Positions 10,416-22,345 of a stretch of 64,000 nt of DNA are shown here, in pieces. Every line of letters starts with the position of its first letter. Position 1 is the stretch's first letter. The translations under genes were made by a program, and so were the position numbers. Source of the DNA: Ruditapes philippinarum (taxonomy: Eukaryota). Location: positions 1 through 64,000 of the forward strand of contig NW_026866837.1 in NCBI RefSeq assembly GCF_026571515.1. The letters are read 5' to 3'. Under the pieces are notes generated by a model, which worked only from the letters and a program-made list of their open reading frames with translations, had not been told where the DNA came from and ran no database searches.

Positions 10416-11722
10416 CCTGTGGAAAGACGACGATGGTGAAAGAGTTATTGCAGAATCACAAATTGAAAATACAGCCTGGTATTCAAAGGATCGTGTGGTT
10501 ATACAAACGATGGCAACCATTGTACACTGTTATTGAAAGAACTGTTTTTCCAAGAGTAGAGTTTGTTCAAGGTTTACCATCAGACTTAGATGACGACGAC
10601 TACTTTGATACTAAAGTCAACAATCTACTGATCATTGATGATTTGTTCTCTGAATCTGGCAAAGATAAACGCATTACAGATTTGTTTACGGAGGGATCTC
10701 ATCACAGGTCTCTCTCAGTCATTTCAATTAATCAGAATCTGTTTGGAAACAAAGATCCTACACAGAGAAGGAATTGTCACTACTTAATTCTCTTCCAAAA
10801 TACGATAGATAAGCAATCAGTGATGACATTAGCCCGACAGATGTACCCAGGGAATAGTGAAAAGTTGTTGAAACCATTTGAAAAAGCTACCAAGTATCCT
10901 TACGGGTATTTATTGGTGGATTTAAAACCGTTTACACCAGAAGATCAGAGGATAAAATGTTTGATGTCCAAAAACACCAAAATTAATCAATCTACAGAAC
11001 GCGTTCATCACGTGACTCCTCCCCAAGAACCTATAAAAGAAACTGTTTTTCCAAAAGTAAATTATTCTACAGCTGCAGTTCAAACAGATCACATCGAGGA
11101 TAAATCACAAGATAATTACGAAAATAATTCGGAAGACATAATGGAACCTAAAGGACAAGCTTGCGATGATTGTGGGCAATTATTTGACACTAATCACGAC
11201 GTGCAGAGACATGTTAAAAGCGGATGGTGTCCTGAACACAGGGAATCAAGGAAACGAAAACACGAGGAGTTGAGCGATAGCGAGCATGACGAAGATTCTG
11301 TAGAAGATAATGAGGCTTACGTTAATATATGGAAAAGAGCTAGAGAATCAAACGATCAAAAATTCGATAAAATATACAACACATTTATAGACAATGGGGA
11401 GGAACATGATGATGCTCAGGAAATGGCGGAAGAGCGCATACAACCTTATAACGAAAAAGACTTTTTCAGCAAGTATACAACTTTAATAGATAACTATATT
11501 CTTCCACTCAAAAACAGTAGATTACATACACAGATTATGGTCCAGATAGATAAACTGGTTTCAAAAGGTTTAAATCCGACATCAGCCGTGAAAAAAGTTA
11601 TCAGAAAGCATAAGAACTCATTTCAAGACTTGTTTGATATGGAATTTTCTGATGATGAAGAAGAGGAGGAAACAGATGATGACGTCAGCGGGGAGGAGGA
11701 AAGTGACCAAGAAAATATATAA
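10416..11722 (+). CDS. Polinton packaging-type (A32/FtsK-HerA superfamily) ATPase, exon 2, with C-terminal Zn-finger/helical/acidic extension; spliced protein about 548 aa
   Basis: Acceptor ttttttcAG (10414-15), branch-point-like ACTAAT at 10391. Splicing restores Walker A GPTACGKT. Walker B LLIIDD and the SHHRSLSVISINQN motif are typical of Polinton ATPases. Confidence 0.9.
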
Positions 11723-11778
11723 ATTAACATAACTTATCTTCTGTTGTTTATTTGTGTTGTGAATTTTAGACAGTAAAC

Positions 11779-12211
11779 ATGGCTCCTTGGGAGGACTATT
11801 TAAAAACTATTTATTATGATGCTAAACATCCCGGTGCGTTTGCCGGACCACAAAAACTGTATAAAGTTGTGAAATCTGAAGGAAAATTTAATATTGGTAT
11901 GTACAGAATACGTCAATTCTTACATGATCAGGAGTCCTATAGCCTGCATAAACCAGTAAGGAGACGATTTCAAAGAAATCATATTGTAAGTGCAGGAAAA
12001 GACGATTTATGGATGGCTGACTTGATCGATATGGTGAAATTTGCTGATTGGAACAAGGGTTTCAAATACATTTTATTGGTGATAGATACATTCTCCAAGT
12101 ACGTCTGGTTACAGCCGTTAAAATACAAAACTGGAGAAGAAGTAGCTCAAGCGTTTCAGAAAATCTTTACATCTTCAGACAGATCACCGGCCAAACTCAT
12201 TACTGACAAAG
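11779..12211 (+). CDS. Polinton DDE integrase, exon 1
   Basis: IYYD..HPGAF, WMADLID (first catalytic D), VIDTFSKY, LITDK (second D). Ends at canonical donor G|GTAAGT (12212), phase 1. Confidence 0.92.
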
Positions 12212-12396
12212 GTAAGTATTTATTTTTCTACAATTTATTTTTCAATTATAATTAGAGTTAAGCAAGACCTAATTATTTACAACAATACAACTACTGTAAA
12301 TCTGATATTCATATATCACTTAATTTTTATTTAATTATATAGGTATATATATATATATTATGTAAGGCAGATACTACACATTATTTATTTTTTCAG

Positions 12397-13067
12397 GTCA
12401 GGAGTTTAAAGCCAGGAAGGTCCAAGCTCTCATGAAGAAAGAAGAAATTCAATATTTTCCTACTCAAAATGAAACAAAGGCATCTACCTCGGAAAGAGCT
12501 ATTTTGACTATAAAGACCAGACTCATGCGCTATTTTTCGTATTTGGAGACTAGTACATTTCTACCTGTGTTACAAGACATTGCCGATAATTATAATCGCA
12601 CCTATCATAGAACAATTGGAATGAGACCTGCGGATGTCAAGGACACAAACCAGGAAGAAGTGCGTTTAGCTACATACTTTGCGCAAAATCCAAAATCAAA
12701 ACGTCCAGACGTTACACTTAAACCTTTCAAATTTAAAGTGGGTGACTTTGTGCGTATCAGTCATCTAAAAACTGTGTTTACCCGGGCGTATGACCAAACA
12801 TACTCTGGTGAAGTGTTTAAAGTACATAAACGCTTCCACCGAGGCACACTACCTATCTATAGACTTCATGATTTACAAGACGAAGATATTAAAGGAACCT
12901 TCTACGAGAGTGAACTTCAGAAAATTAACGTTGATCCTAATCAGACTTGGAAAGTAGAGAAAGTATTAAAAACCCGTGGCAAAGGGCGAAACAAACAATT
13001 ATTTGTAAAATGGAAATATTATCCGCGTAAATTTAACAGTTGGATAAATGCTAGTGATTTAAATTAA
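12397..13067 (+). CDS. Polinton DDE integrase, exon 2, with C-terminal chromodomain; spliced protein about 367 aa
   Basis: Acceptor ttttttcAG (12395-96); splicing restores TDKGQEF. Catalytic E in SERAILT; YNRTYHRTIGMRP; chromodomain WKVEKVL...VKWKYYP.KFNSW. AATAAA at 13173-13178. Confidence 0.92.
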
Positions 13068-13624
13068 TATTCTTTAGTTTACTTTGCCTTAGTTATGTTG
13101 ATAATTTTGTCAATATACGTTCTGTACTTAATAGTTATATGTTCAATGTTTAAACTGTATTTATCTCATGTAAATAAAATTGGTGAAGTACACTTAAACT
13201 TTGTTGTATTTTTCAATTCAAAACATTTGCCGATATTACAAGCGTGCATTTAAACCTGGGTGTAATAATGCGTTTAAGGTAGTAAACGTCGTCTGCTCTG
13301 ACACAAAAAGTGATCGTCTGCTACACATTTAATCGTTTAACGTTTAACGATATCTTTGACCGCTATACAACAACTAACCAAGTTGTACATATCAATAAAC
13401 TTGCTGATATCTGATTGGCTGTCTAATAAATTGAGCCAAAAAAAGTGGTGAAAAAACTTACCAAATATTGAGAGATTTTCTTTGCTGTGTGTAAATTCGA
13501 ATAATTTTATCTGTAAGCGATTGTGTTGATGTGAACCGTACGCTGTCAATAGCGGTAATGAAATAAAGTATCGGAAAATTGGTTTAAATACTGTACAGCA
13601 GATAAATAGTTTATGATGAAATAG

Positions 13625-13800
13625 AGCGTCTGCTACAGAAGTTTAAAATACTATCTTAAATCAAATATTGGGAAAAACTATTTTCAAACTTTGGCGGCCA
13701 ATTTAAACTGTCGTCTGCAACAGAGGTTTTAAATACATGTACTAGCTAAATATTGGTAAAAACTATTTTCAAATTTTGGCGGACAAGTTAAACTGTCGTC
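13625..13800. repeat. Subterminal imperfect tandem repeat (about 85 bp unit, 2+ copies) running into the right TIR
   Basis: CGTCTGC.ACAGA.GTTT.AAATAC...AAATATTGG.AAAAACTATTTTCAAA.TTTGGCGG.CAA.TTAAACTGT is repeated from about 13627 and about 13712. Confidence 0.8.
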
Positions 13801-13969
13801 TGCTAGATATACCAATATGATCCGCCAGATCCGTCGGCGCAATATGGCGGACGTTAGTAACGTGAGACGAAGACTCAATGTTCCAAGATGGCGGCGCGCT
13901 GTCGTTACGCTTAAGTGATTTTGTTTTTTTACTCAAAAAAAGTGTTCTATCCTCCCCCCCTTGACTACT
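13769..13969 (-). repeat. Right terminal inverted repeat (201 bp) of the Polinton
   Basis: Reverse complement of 4536-4736. Confidence 0.95.
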
Positions 13970-16900
13970 TTAGTAATCTAATACACGGATTCGAAGGATT
14001 GTGTCCCTTGATAACTCTTTCCGCTGCAGGTTAGATCTTCAGCATGCAATGCAATAAATAATAATGAGAAGACATCAAATTCTTGAATTGTACACAAAAT
14101 TATTTCACATGAACAATTATTGTGCAAGTATGTTAACAAGGAAAATTTCATGTCAGAAACTATAAAAAGATCTTTATTTATTTGAAAGTATAAGTTCAAT
14201 AATGTATATATATTTTTAATCTTTTCCCTACTTTTTTAAACTTCGTCCTTGCTACAGTAAGATTTGTCCTTACATTTTAGAATTAACATTTTCAGACCAT
14301 AATATTGTTGTTGGGTCGTAGACCGCTTGACCTTGCGCGTCTGTCTTTTTAGAAAATCTTTTTGAAAACATTTATTTTGCATACTTGCTTATCTCATTTT
14401 CATTTAGACCATGGTACACAGCGTTTGAATGGAACAACTTAAAGTGATATACTTAATTCCCGATTAAATTAAACTTGAACATAACCCTTTAGGTCTTTAA
14501 TAATCAAAATTACATTTTTAACCACAAAGATTTTAAACGTAATATCTTTTGACATCGTACATCCAGACAAATATTAACATTCTTTTTTTAGCTAAAGATG
14601 TATATCCGTTTTTATTACCAATTCATTCTTTTTTAATTCAGTTTTTATGTGTTGTAATGTACCTCTGTAATTGGTCTAAACCTTATCTGTCATGTCGCTA
14701 TGTATGAAGAATTTTTATATGAATGAAATGTCTGTCTTTTTTGTTGAAGATTTCACAGTTCTTTTCTTGAAGGAAATGATTACTTCACACGAATTTTTCA
14801 ATAAAACTAACCGCAAGTGGCGTGCGGATAATTAGAAAACTTGGGTTTAATTTTAAACCTGACATGTTATACGACATGCTAATTAAACTCTCGAGTATAA
14901 AGCGGGCACTGAATGTCCAGTGGTGTCATGTCAGGCCACGCAACCGGGCGCTACGAATTAGACTCATATCTTTATTTTCAATCAAACTAAGTTTAGCGTG
15001 CTTCATAGTTAACACAGTAAATTAATGGATCTAAAGCTAGAAATAGGTACAAAATAGGTATAGTCAAAATGTCACCTGTTATGACAATAGATGATAATAT
15101 CTAAAACAACATAGAAAGAAGAAGTTCGAGTCCCATTTGTAGTGGCCATTGCTAGCTTTAGATAGAAGGTGTGAATCTCAGTAGTGACTCGGGTTGACCC
15201 GAGTTAATCAGAAATACAACCGGCTTTCACATGCCATATTTTGAAAAGCTATTGTATTTTGCGCAATACAAACATAAACGAGGTCGTAATCGAAAGTCGA
15301 ATACATAATTTAATTTTTCCACTATTGACATTATGTAATTAGCAATAGAAAATTAGTTAATTTTACCACATAAAATAGATTAGGATTATCAGATTAACTT
15401 TTATATCTTTTAGTGGTTGTAAACGTTTGATATTTTACATGTATTTGTATACTATAATTGACAAATAAATCTGACTTCTTGACTGCCATCCAAGTAGACA
15501 ATTACAGTCTGGCATGCATGCATGCCTGCATTAACGTGATGTAAATGAAATTTTACCGGTGCTTCAACTGCCAAAATATCACATAATAAGACAACTTTTA
15601 TTTGTACCTGCACATAAAACAGCGCATTGTCAGCATATTAGCCAATTGGTATATATAAAGCAAATGTAACAAGACCGCAAGTGTCAACTATTTCAACGTC
15701 AACAAGTAACAAGTTGATGATGAACGCGGACATGTAGCTATTAAATGGTTTGTTATACAATAGAAAAAGCAAAAGAAGAAAAAAAACTCCAAAAAAAAAA
15801 AACGTAAAACAAAAATAAAACAAACAAATAAAAAAAGGAGATAAAAATCGCAAAGCGGTGAGCGGCAGATATGTCTTATTTTTCAGTTCATTGCCATGCT
15901 ACAGTCACAGTAATATATTGCATTCAACGACAGGCAGATGTAAAAAAAAAAAGATGTTTCAGTTATTTCCTCAACACTGTACCAAGACGATACCGGTATA
16001 AACCGGGAGATTTCGGTATGTATACGTATATAAACCTGAAGGAATTCTTGTAACGGGTTTCTTATGAATGGTACTTTAGCAACACTTCATATTGTATAGC
16101 TGTCAATAAAATTCTGTAATAAATAATATCTTATTGTTTATTGTTGATTACAGGAACGTCAATGTAATTTGCAATTACAGCTCTGTAAGTATAGAAATGA
16201 TTCCACCCAATTTTAACCACAGGTCCTGATTTCAATCGTTTTGTAAAGGAAGAACAGAACGTAATTATCCAGAAGTTTAAAATGTCTTTATCAACTCCCG
16301 GACTGATTGTCATTGGGTAGGACCCAAATTAAGCACTAGACATGGTACAATAGGTAATCGGCATCTAAGTAAGTCCTGAGTCTGAGCCCCTGTTGGTTTG
16401 ATTGGTATGGCTCTAGGTTACCACTGGTCACATGTAATACATGGCAGGTAGGTTTTCAAGCTGGTGATTTGTAAGTTATTTGATTCTGAATGAAGCGCGT
16501 TAGTGTTAACGTCAAAATGCAGAACACATGTGAAATTGATGAAATGTTATAGACAGCGGGTTTTTGACATGCTTACTAAGCCTTTAAAGTTAAGATAAAC
16601 ATTCGGGTGATATGTTTTCAAGTTACAACATACCTCTGTTGACAGCCTGTCCCTGGGTTTGTTAATGCTTGAATTACTCGAATTCCTCTGCCCTCTTTCT
16701 GCTCCCTTACTCGAATCTTTATCCTGTACCCCAGGATCCACATTATCCGTGGAACTTGCAGACACAAGCGCAAAATACATGGTAAAATCCTCACAGGAAT
16801 CAAACTGATACACTATAATCACTTTTCCATATCTCACCACCACACCTCAGGTAAGTTAAATATGCACAGTTAGACATTCTTTAAAGGTATATTCCATTCA

Positions 16901-18699
16901 CTTACAATATGTCGCGGTTTCATACCCTATCTTGTCGCTTATTTATTTCCCTCTTAAATAAGAACTCCGTTTTAATGGTTGTAAAAGGTAACAAATATGC
17001 CCAAGTCATGTAATCTTATTTAAGGATTTTCTATTTAAAATGAAAACATAGTCATAACCGTAGCCAATTTACCGGTATTAAACGATATCAAAACATACAC
17101 TTTACACTCAAATACATTTACTATAACGAAAGAATTTGACAAGTCTTATGTTATATTGTAAGAAATCCGACCTATAACCTACATCATTAAAACCAAAGTA
17201 ATCAGAAGAGATTTTCCACCAATCTATTGCTCATTAAATATTTACTTAAATGAAATTGATACAAATATCCATGTCCGTTAAGCTATCAATTTAATCATTC
17301 AAATAAATGCTTAAAGTAAACGCGACTCTTCTATCGTAATCACGAGAGCGTTTGAAGTGTAACTTCGGCTCGTGCTTAAAAGTGCACTATGTATATTATA
17401 ATGTATATTTATACTTCTAACGTAATAAAGGTATGCGCGTATTTATCATATGCTATCTTTAAACACATACAAGCGAATTTGTTCTAAATATATCTAAATA
17501 TAATAAAACTTCATTCATATGTCACTTTCTGTTCTATTTTCAGCTTTTTTGAGACATTAAGAACAATTAATTTTTCCATTTGAGATACTATCTTAACGCT
17601 TAACACCTTTTTTCTGAATAGAAAGTACACGTCAATGTACATTATACATGTACATGCATTGTAAAATCTTAAAAGGACAAGGAATATTTATCTATAGTTT
17701 TATCATTTTGTTCTACATTGTTTTATTTTGTTAGTCCTGTTTTTGCTTGTTTACAAGACTTTTTATTGTTTTTGTTCAGTTGTTTTCTTTCGACGCGTTC
17801 ATAAAATATTAGCAGACGACACACGAAATTTCGTTTGAAACAAAAACGAATTCACTATACATGTATATAATCTATAACTTTTACTCAGACGTTCGTCTGG
17901 TATACTGAACAATACATGATCCTTTTGATAAGAAAATGTTAATTGTTTTAACAAATTAAATAAAACAATCCAAGTTAACGCCCTAACATATAGAATGGCT
18001 GAAAAGTGGCGTTAACTAAAGAGATAATAAAGATTTCATAAAAAGGTAGAATAAACTAGTAATAATACAACTCTTGAAACTGATATACTGTGAAAGTGTC
18101 ATTCAATATATAGATTCGTCAAATTACTTGTTCGCAGACGATAATTAACGGTCATTGAGAAACAGTAAAAGAGATATTTTTTTATTTTTTTTAATAAATA
18201 CTCTTCTGCCATTTCAATATTATGGCTTCAAAATCACACACTGGCACAGTGTGGAAACACAAGTGGAAAGAACCACAACTGTGTAGCCTACTTTGGTGGT
18301 AAAGAACGACAACTCTAGTTTAACGCATTAAAATTCTCAATAATTTTGTTGTTACTTGGTCTGTAGACGATAAAAAAAAACATTTAAAAGCTGTCTGGAA
18401 TATGTTTTTAAATCAATTAAACTATTTATTTGCTTGATGTTTATTATCAAAAATTACTATTTAAATGCTTGCTTTAAATTGTATCAAGGGTTGTAACGAG
18501 TGCAATGCATGTCAAAGTCAGTCCTGGTGCTAATATATGGTTTAATTAGAATACACTTGCAAATAGGAGAGGGGGCGGAAGGAGCGGTACCGGCGGAATC
18601 CCCACATGTAAAAGATTATTAAGCATTCATTATTTTTCATGTGTGGTGTTTTGTCCACTGTATACAATTTTGGGGCGTGGGGTTTTGGTTTATACAAAA

Positions 18700-18891
18700 T
18701 TATTTTAGTTCGATTGTGTTGGAAGCTATAAGCTTATTGAAACATTCTCGAATCAGTTCCTGGAACCAACCAGTACTAAGCAATGAATGTAAAGTTTCTT
18801 GCTCAAGGAAACAACGGCTTGCCCCTGACAGGGTTTGAACCCACGCGGTCAGCAATCCTTAGATTACTAGTCCGACGCGTTAACCACTCGG
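18700..18891 (-). mobile_element. tRNA-derived SINE (CORE-like central domain)
   Basis: Minus strand: CCGAGTGGTTAA (A box), GGTTCAAACCC (B box), CCTTGAGCAAGAAACTTTA core-like segment, then GTACTGGTTGGTTCCAGGAA. Confidence 0.7.
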
Positions 18892-19307
18892 TGTGGGTTT
18901 TTGACATGAGGGGTTTTGTCCTACATTCTTCAATAGAATATCCAGTATTTCTCTTTCCTCATTTTTAAACCTTTCCTTTCACTTTATTTATACTTATTAT
19001 TCCCTAATCGCATTTTACACTTTATCAATATTTTTGATCTTGAGTAAACAAAAATTTTATCAGTGTCATTTTTGTCAACTGTAACATATCAAGAAAAACC
19101 TTTCGCTTTTATAATGACACTGACTAACATGTCTATAACCCCTTGCTAAACCGGGCATGGTTGAGCTGTGTAATTTTTGCGGCTTAGCTTCTCTACAACA
19201 TAGATTTAGTTACAATGTATTCGTATATCTTTTTCAAAATGTTTTCATTATTTACGGCAGTGTATGGCGACTAAAAGTTTAGATTCTTTGTCGTGTAGTG
19301 ACCTGAT

Positions 19308-19529
19308 NNNNNNNNNNNNNNNNNNNNNNNNNNNNNNNNNNNNNNNNNNNNNNNNNNNNNNNNNNNNNNNNNNNNNNNNNNNNNNNNNNNNNNNNNNNNN
19401 NNNNNNNNNNNNNNNNNNNNNNNNNNNNNNNNNNNNNNNNNNNNNNNNNNNNNNNNNNNNNNNNNNNNNNNNNNNNNNNNNNNNNNNNNNNNNNNNNNNN
19501 NNNNNNNNNNNNNNNNNNNNNNNNNNNNN
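19308..19529. other. Assembly gap (222 N)
   Basis: Run of n. Confidence 1.
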
Positions 19530-20496
19530 TATGACAAGGATGAAAACCAGAAATCAACAGGTCAATACTTGCGAATATTGGCAAATAATTTGGAAATTTT
19601 ATTCAAAACTACCAAATTTTAAGCAAGAGGCGATGAAAAAATGGCCTCACAATAACTCCTGACAAGTTATCATAAGAGCTCCATTCCTCGGATACAATCT
19701 GATTAAAATCAGCTCCTAAATAACGCTACGCATTAAGAAATAAGTATATCTGATCTTATTAAGAACTAAGTACATGTACACCTGAACTAATTAAGAAATA
19801 AGTACATCTGAACTTTAGTCAGATTGACTCAGCATATTTCTTCTTGCTTTTTAATATTGCACTCTGCTAAATACTGTAAAACTTCTGAATTATTACATAT
19901 TACGTTAAGTGCAAAGAAAATAGATTACATTGTTGCCGTCTGGAATAAGAAGTATTGAACAGATTACTGCTAAATATAACAAAACATATTTCGTTAATTT
20001 CGTTATTATTTCTGATTAGTAATTGTAAAAAAAGATACAGTCAAGTAACAATACAGATATAGTAGTAAGCTTATTCCAAAGTTAGGGTAAGTCAGCTATT
20101 TCGAGTGTTAACATTACCACAAAGATGGTTTCATTGTTGTTGTTTTATGTTTGATAATATTATACGAGATATAGTAACAAAATCGCCTATGATTTCAACG
20201 GATTATGAGTGTCACGTGACCTATTATGAGTTTGCGGCCCGGGGCAAAGTGCTTAAGTATGTTGACTTCAAATTATTTGTCAATCAATGTCACATCCTCA
20301 TCTACTGATGGAGACAGTCAAAACGCAAAATATCTGTTTCATGTCCAGAACTACTAGTGCCGTTTTGGTTTTATAAAAAATCATGATATTCACTCGTTAA
20401 ATGAAAAATCCTGGTTCGATATCATTGCTTCGCCCCGCACTCTGCTAAAGTTGGCCTGGCTAATAAAGACTGATATATAACAGTGAGTAAATAAAA

Positions 20497-20780
20497 AAAA
20501 ACAATTTTGCATGAATTCAATAGAAACTAAGAGAAGTTTCCATTCATTTTCTCCATATCAGCTTTAATATGACTGAGGTCTGGATAAATAAATTGAAAGA
20601 AAGAGTGGTTTATGAGGCGAGAATCAGACTTATAAAAAACAATTTTGCAAGTATATTTTGTTTTACAAGAAACTATGAGAACTTTCCATTCTTTTTCTCG
20701 AAATCAACTTTAATGTGACTGAGGTCTGGATTAAATAAATTGAAAGAAAGAGTGGTTTATTGGGCAAGGATCGGACTTAT
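20497..20780. repeat. Tandem duplication (about 140 bp x2)
   Basis: AACAATTTTGCA...TGACTGAGGTCTGGAT.AATAAATTGAAAGAAAGAGTGGTTTAT is repeated. Confidence 0.85.
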
Positions 20781-21301
20781 GTTAAGAGTCTCGCTGCAAC
20801 AATCAACATGGTGCAAATGCCAAGATACCAGCGACTTTTAAAAAGTACACATATTTGCCCATAAAGGAGTTGTTATCAATGGAAAACATCATTAAACAAC
20901 TTTCCGTGTTGAATGTGAGTGGTTTGAGAAGGCAGAAAATGTTGAAATTAATTGATTCAATGAAAACCTATTAAATATGTTCGAATTTTATTTACAATGT
21001 AAATCTGGCACACAACTTTAGATAGTTAAGCTTTAAGTCATATGCCATATGCTGCTATGTTGAGATTAACCAGAAAAGTTTTTTTTAAGACTGTTGATTT
21101 TTGAAATATTTCTTATTTCTTGATTCACAAGTTTTATTTGTTAAAAATGGACGTTGGTACGTGTAAAAAGTGTGTAGTGGTAAAATAGGTCTGCCTAATA
21201 AGCGGAACTGAATACATTCCACAAAGATGCCAAAATTACAGTGAACTGATCCATTAATAGAAGGTCTGTAATACTACAAATAATCATGTTGATAATTTTA
21301 A

Positions 21302-22345
21302 GACAGACAGACAGACATTTTATTTCAATCAAAAAGGCTTATAAGCCCATGATGACATAATACAGCATATTTACAAGATAACGAACAGTGCATATGTTAA
21401 AATAAAAACATTATCACAATATAATTATGACTTTACAGGAGAAGGTCATAATAACAACTTATTCGTTAGAACGTAGAACAATGCAAATATTAATTTATGT
21501 TTGTCTTACACTCACGTACTTCTTATCTGTTAAAATGATTGCATGAATTAAATGTTCTGTTCTAGAAATGTTTAGCTACCCAAAAATAATATAATTTACC
21601 ATGATATTAATCTATGAAGTAGTGTCACAACAAACATAATTAATGTTCACTACATTACATAAATCATTAAACTAAATTAGTTTATCTACATATCTTACCT
21701 CACTATTGAGCCAAGATACATAGATTATATTATATATAGATTCCTATTATGCTAATAATCCCATATTTAATCAGTCTTACCGAAACGAAACTGTAAGACC
21801 GATAGTATGGCATGCAAATATACATACATGTAATTATATAACATATGTTAGACATGTGTTTGAGATATATACTTATGCGAATATCAATACATTTCTTATT
21901 AAGATGCTTATTACAATACAATATAATATTATATTACATATATATTTTACTTATGACTATACACATAAAATATCAATATCTATATTATGATTTATTTGAA
22001 AACTTTTAATTGGTTTATAGAACAGAATTTCGAATATTAAAGGCATTATAGATATATATTCCAAGGTTTCGAAGAGTGTTCTTATTTTCTGAATTTACAA
22101 GGTCAACCAATTTTCGCATACTAGGTCTTATCCAAAAGTGTCTATCAGTATACTTTTTTCTTATATCAATAAATAACAAACATTCTAATATAAAATGATA
22201 TTCGTCTTCGATTTTACCACATCTTACACAAATTCTTTCATTCAAAGGGGTCCTATGTGGCCTAGACCATCTACCAGCTTCTATCTGTAATCTATGAGAA
22301 GAGACACGTAAACGGGAAAACGCTTGACAAAATTTTAAACATTAA
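21302..22345 (-). mobile_element. 5'-truncated non-LTR retrotransposon (CR1/L2-group-like) 3' end
   Basis: Minus frame FSRLRVSSHRLQIEAGRW...ERICVRCGKIEDEYHFILEC (C-terminal CCHC of ORF2), followed by 3' UTR, AATAAA and a (TGTC)n tail at 21302-21325. Confidence 0.8.

Larger units (their letters stand above)
4536..13969. mobile_element. Compact (9,434 bp) Polinton/Maverick-like self-synthesizing element: pPolB + ATPase + integrase, no capsid genes
   Basis: Begins AGTAGTCAAGGGGGGG (4536) and ends CCCCCCCTTGACTACT (13969). TIRs 4536-4736 and 13769-13969 match perfectly by eye. TTAGTA is duplicated at 4530-4535 and 13970-13975. A 6-bp TSD and AG...CT termini are Polinton hallmarks. Encodes protein-primed PolB, packaging-type ATPase and retroviral-like integrase. 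Confidence 0.96.

Noticed and set aside
13068-13768. Possible hidden capsid or protease gene in the Polinton's right non-coding region (ORF 13337-13549)
   Set aside because: Only 70 aa, non-ATG start, no motif; too short for a major capsid protein or adenain.
16547-16850. 98-aa minus ORF and candidate exons on either strand
   Set aside because: Plausible splice sites on both strands but no recognisable product; cannot be resolved without transcript data.
19264-19662. ORFs spanning poly-X
   Set aside because: Artefact of the N gap.
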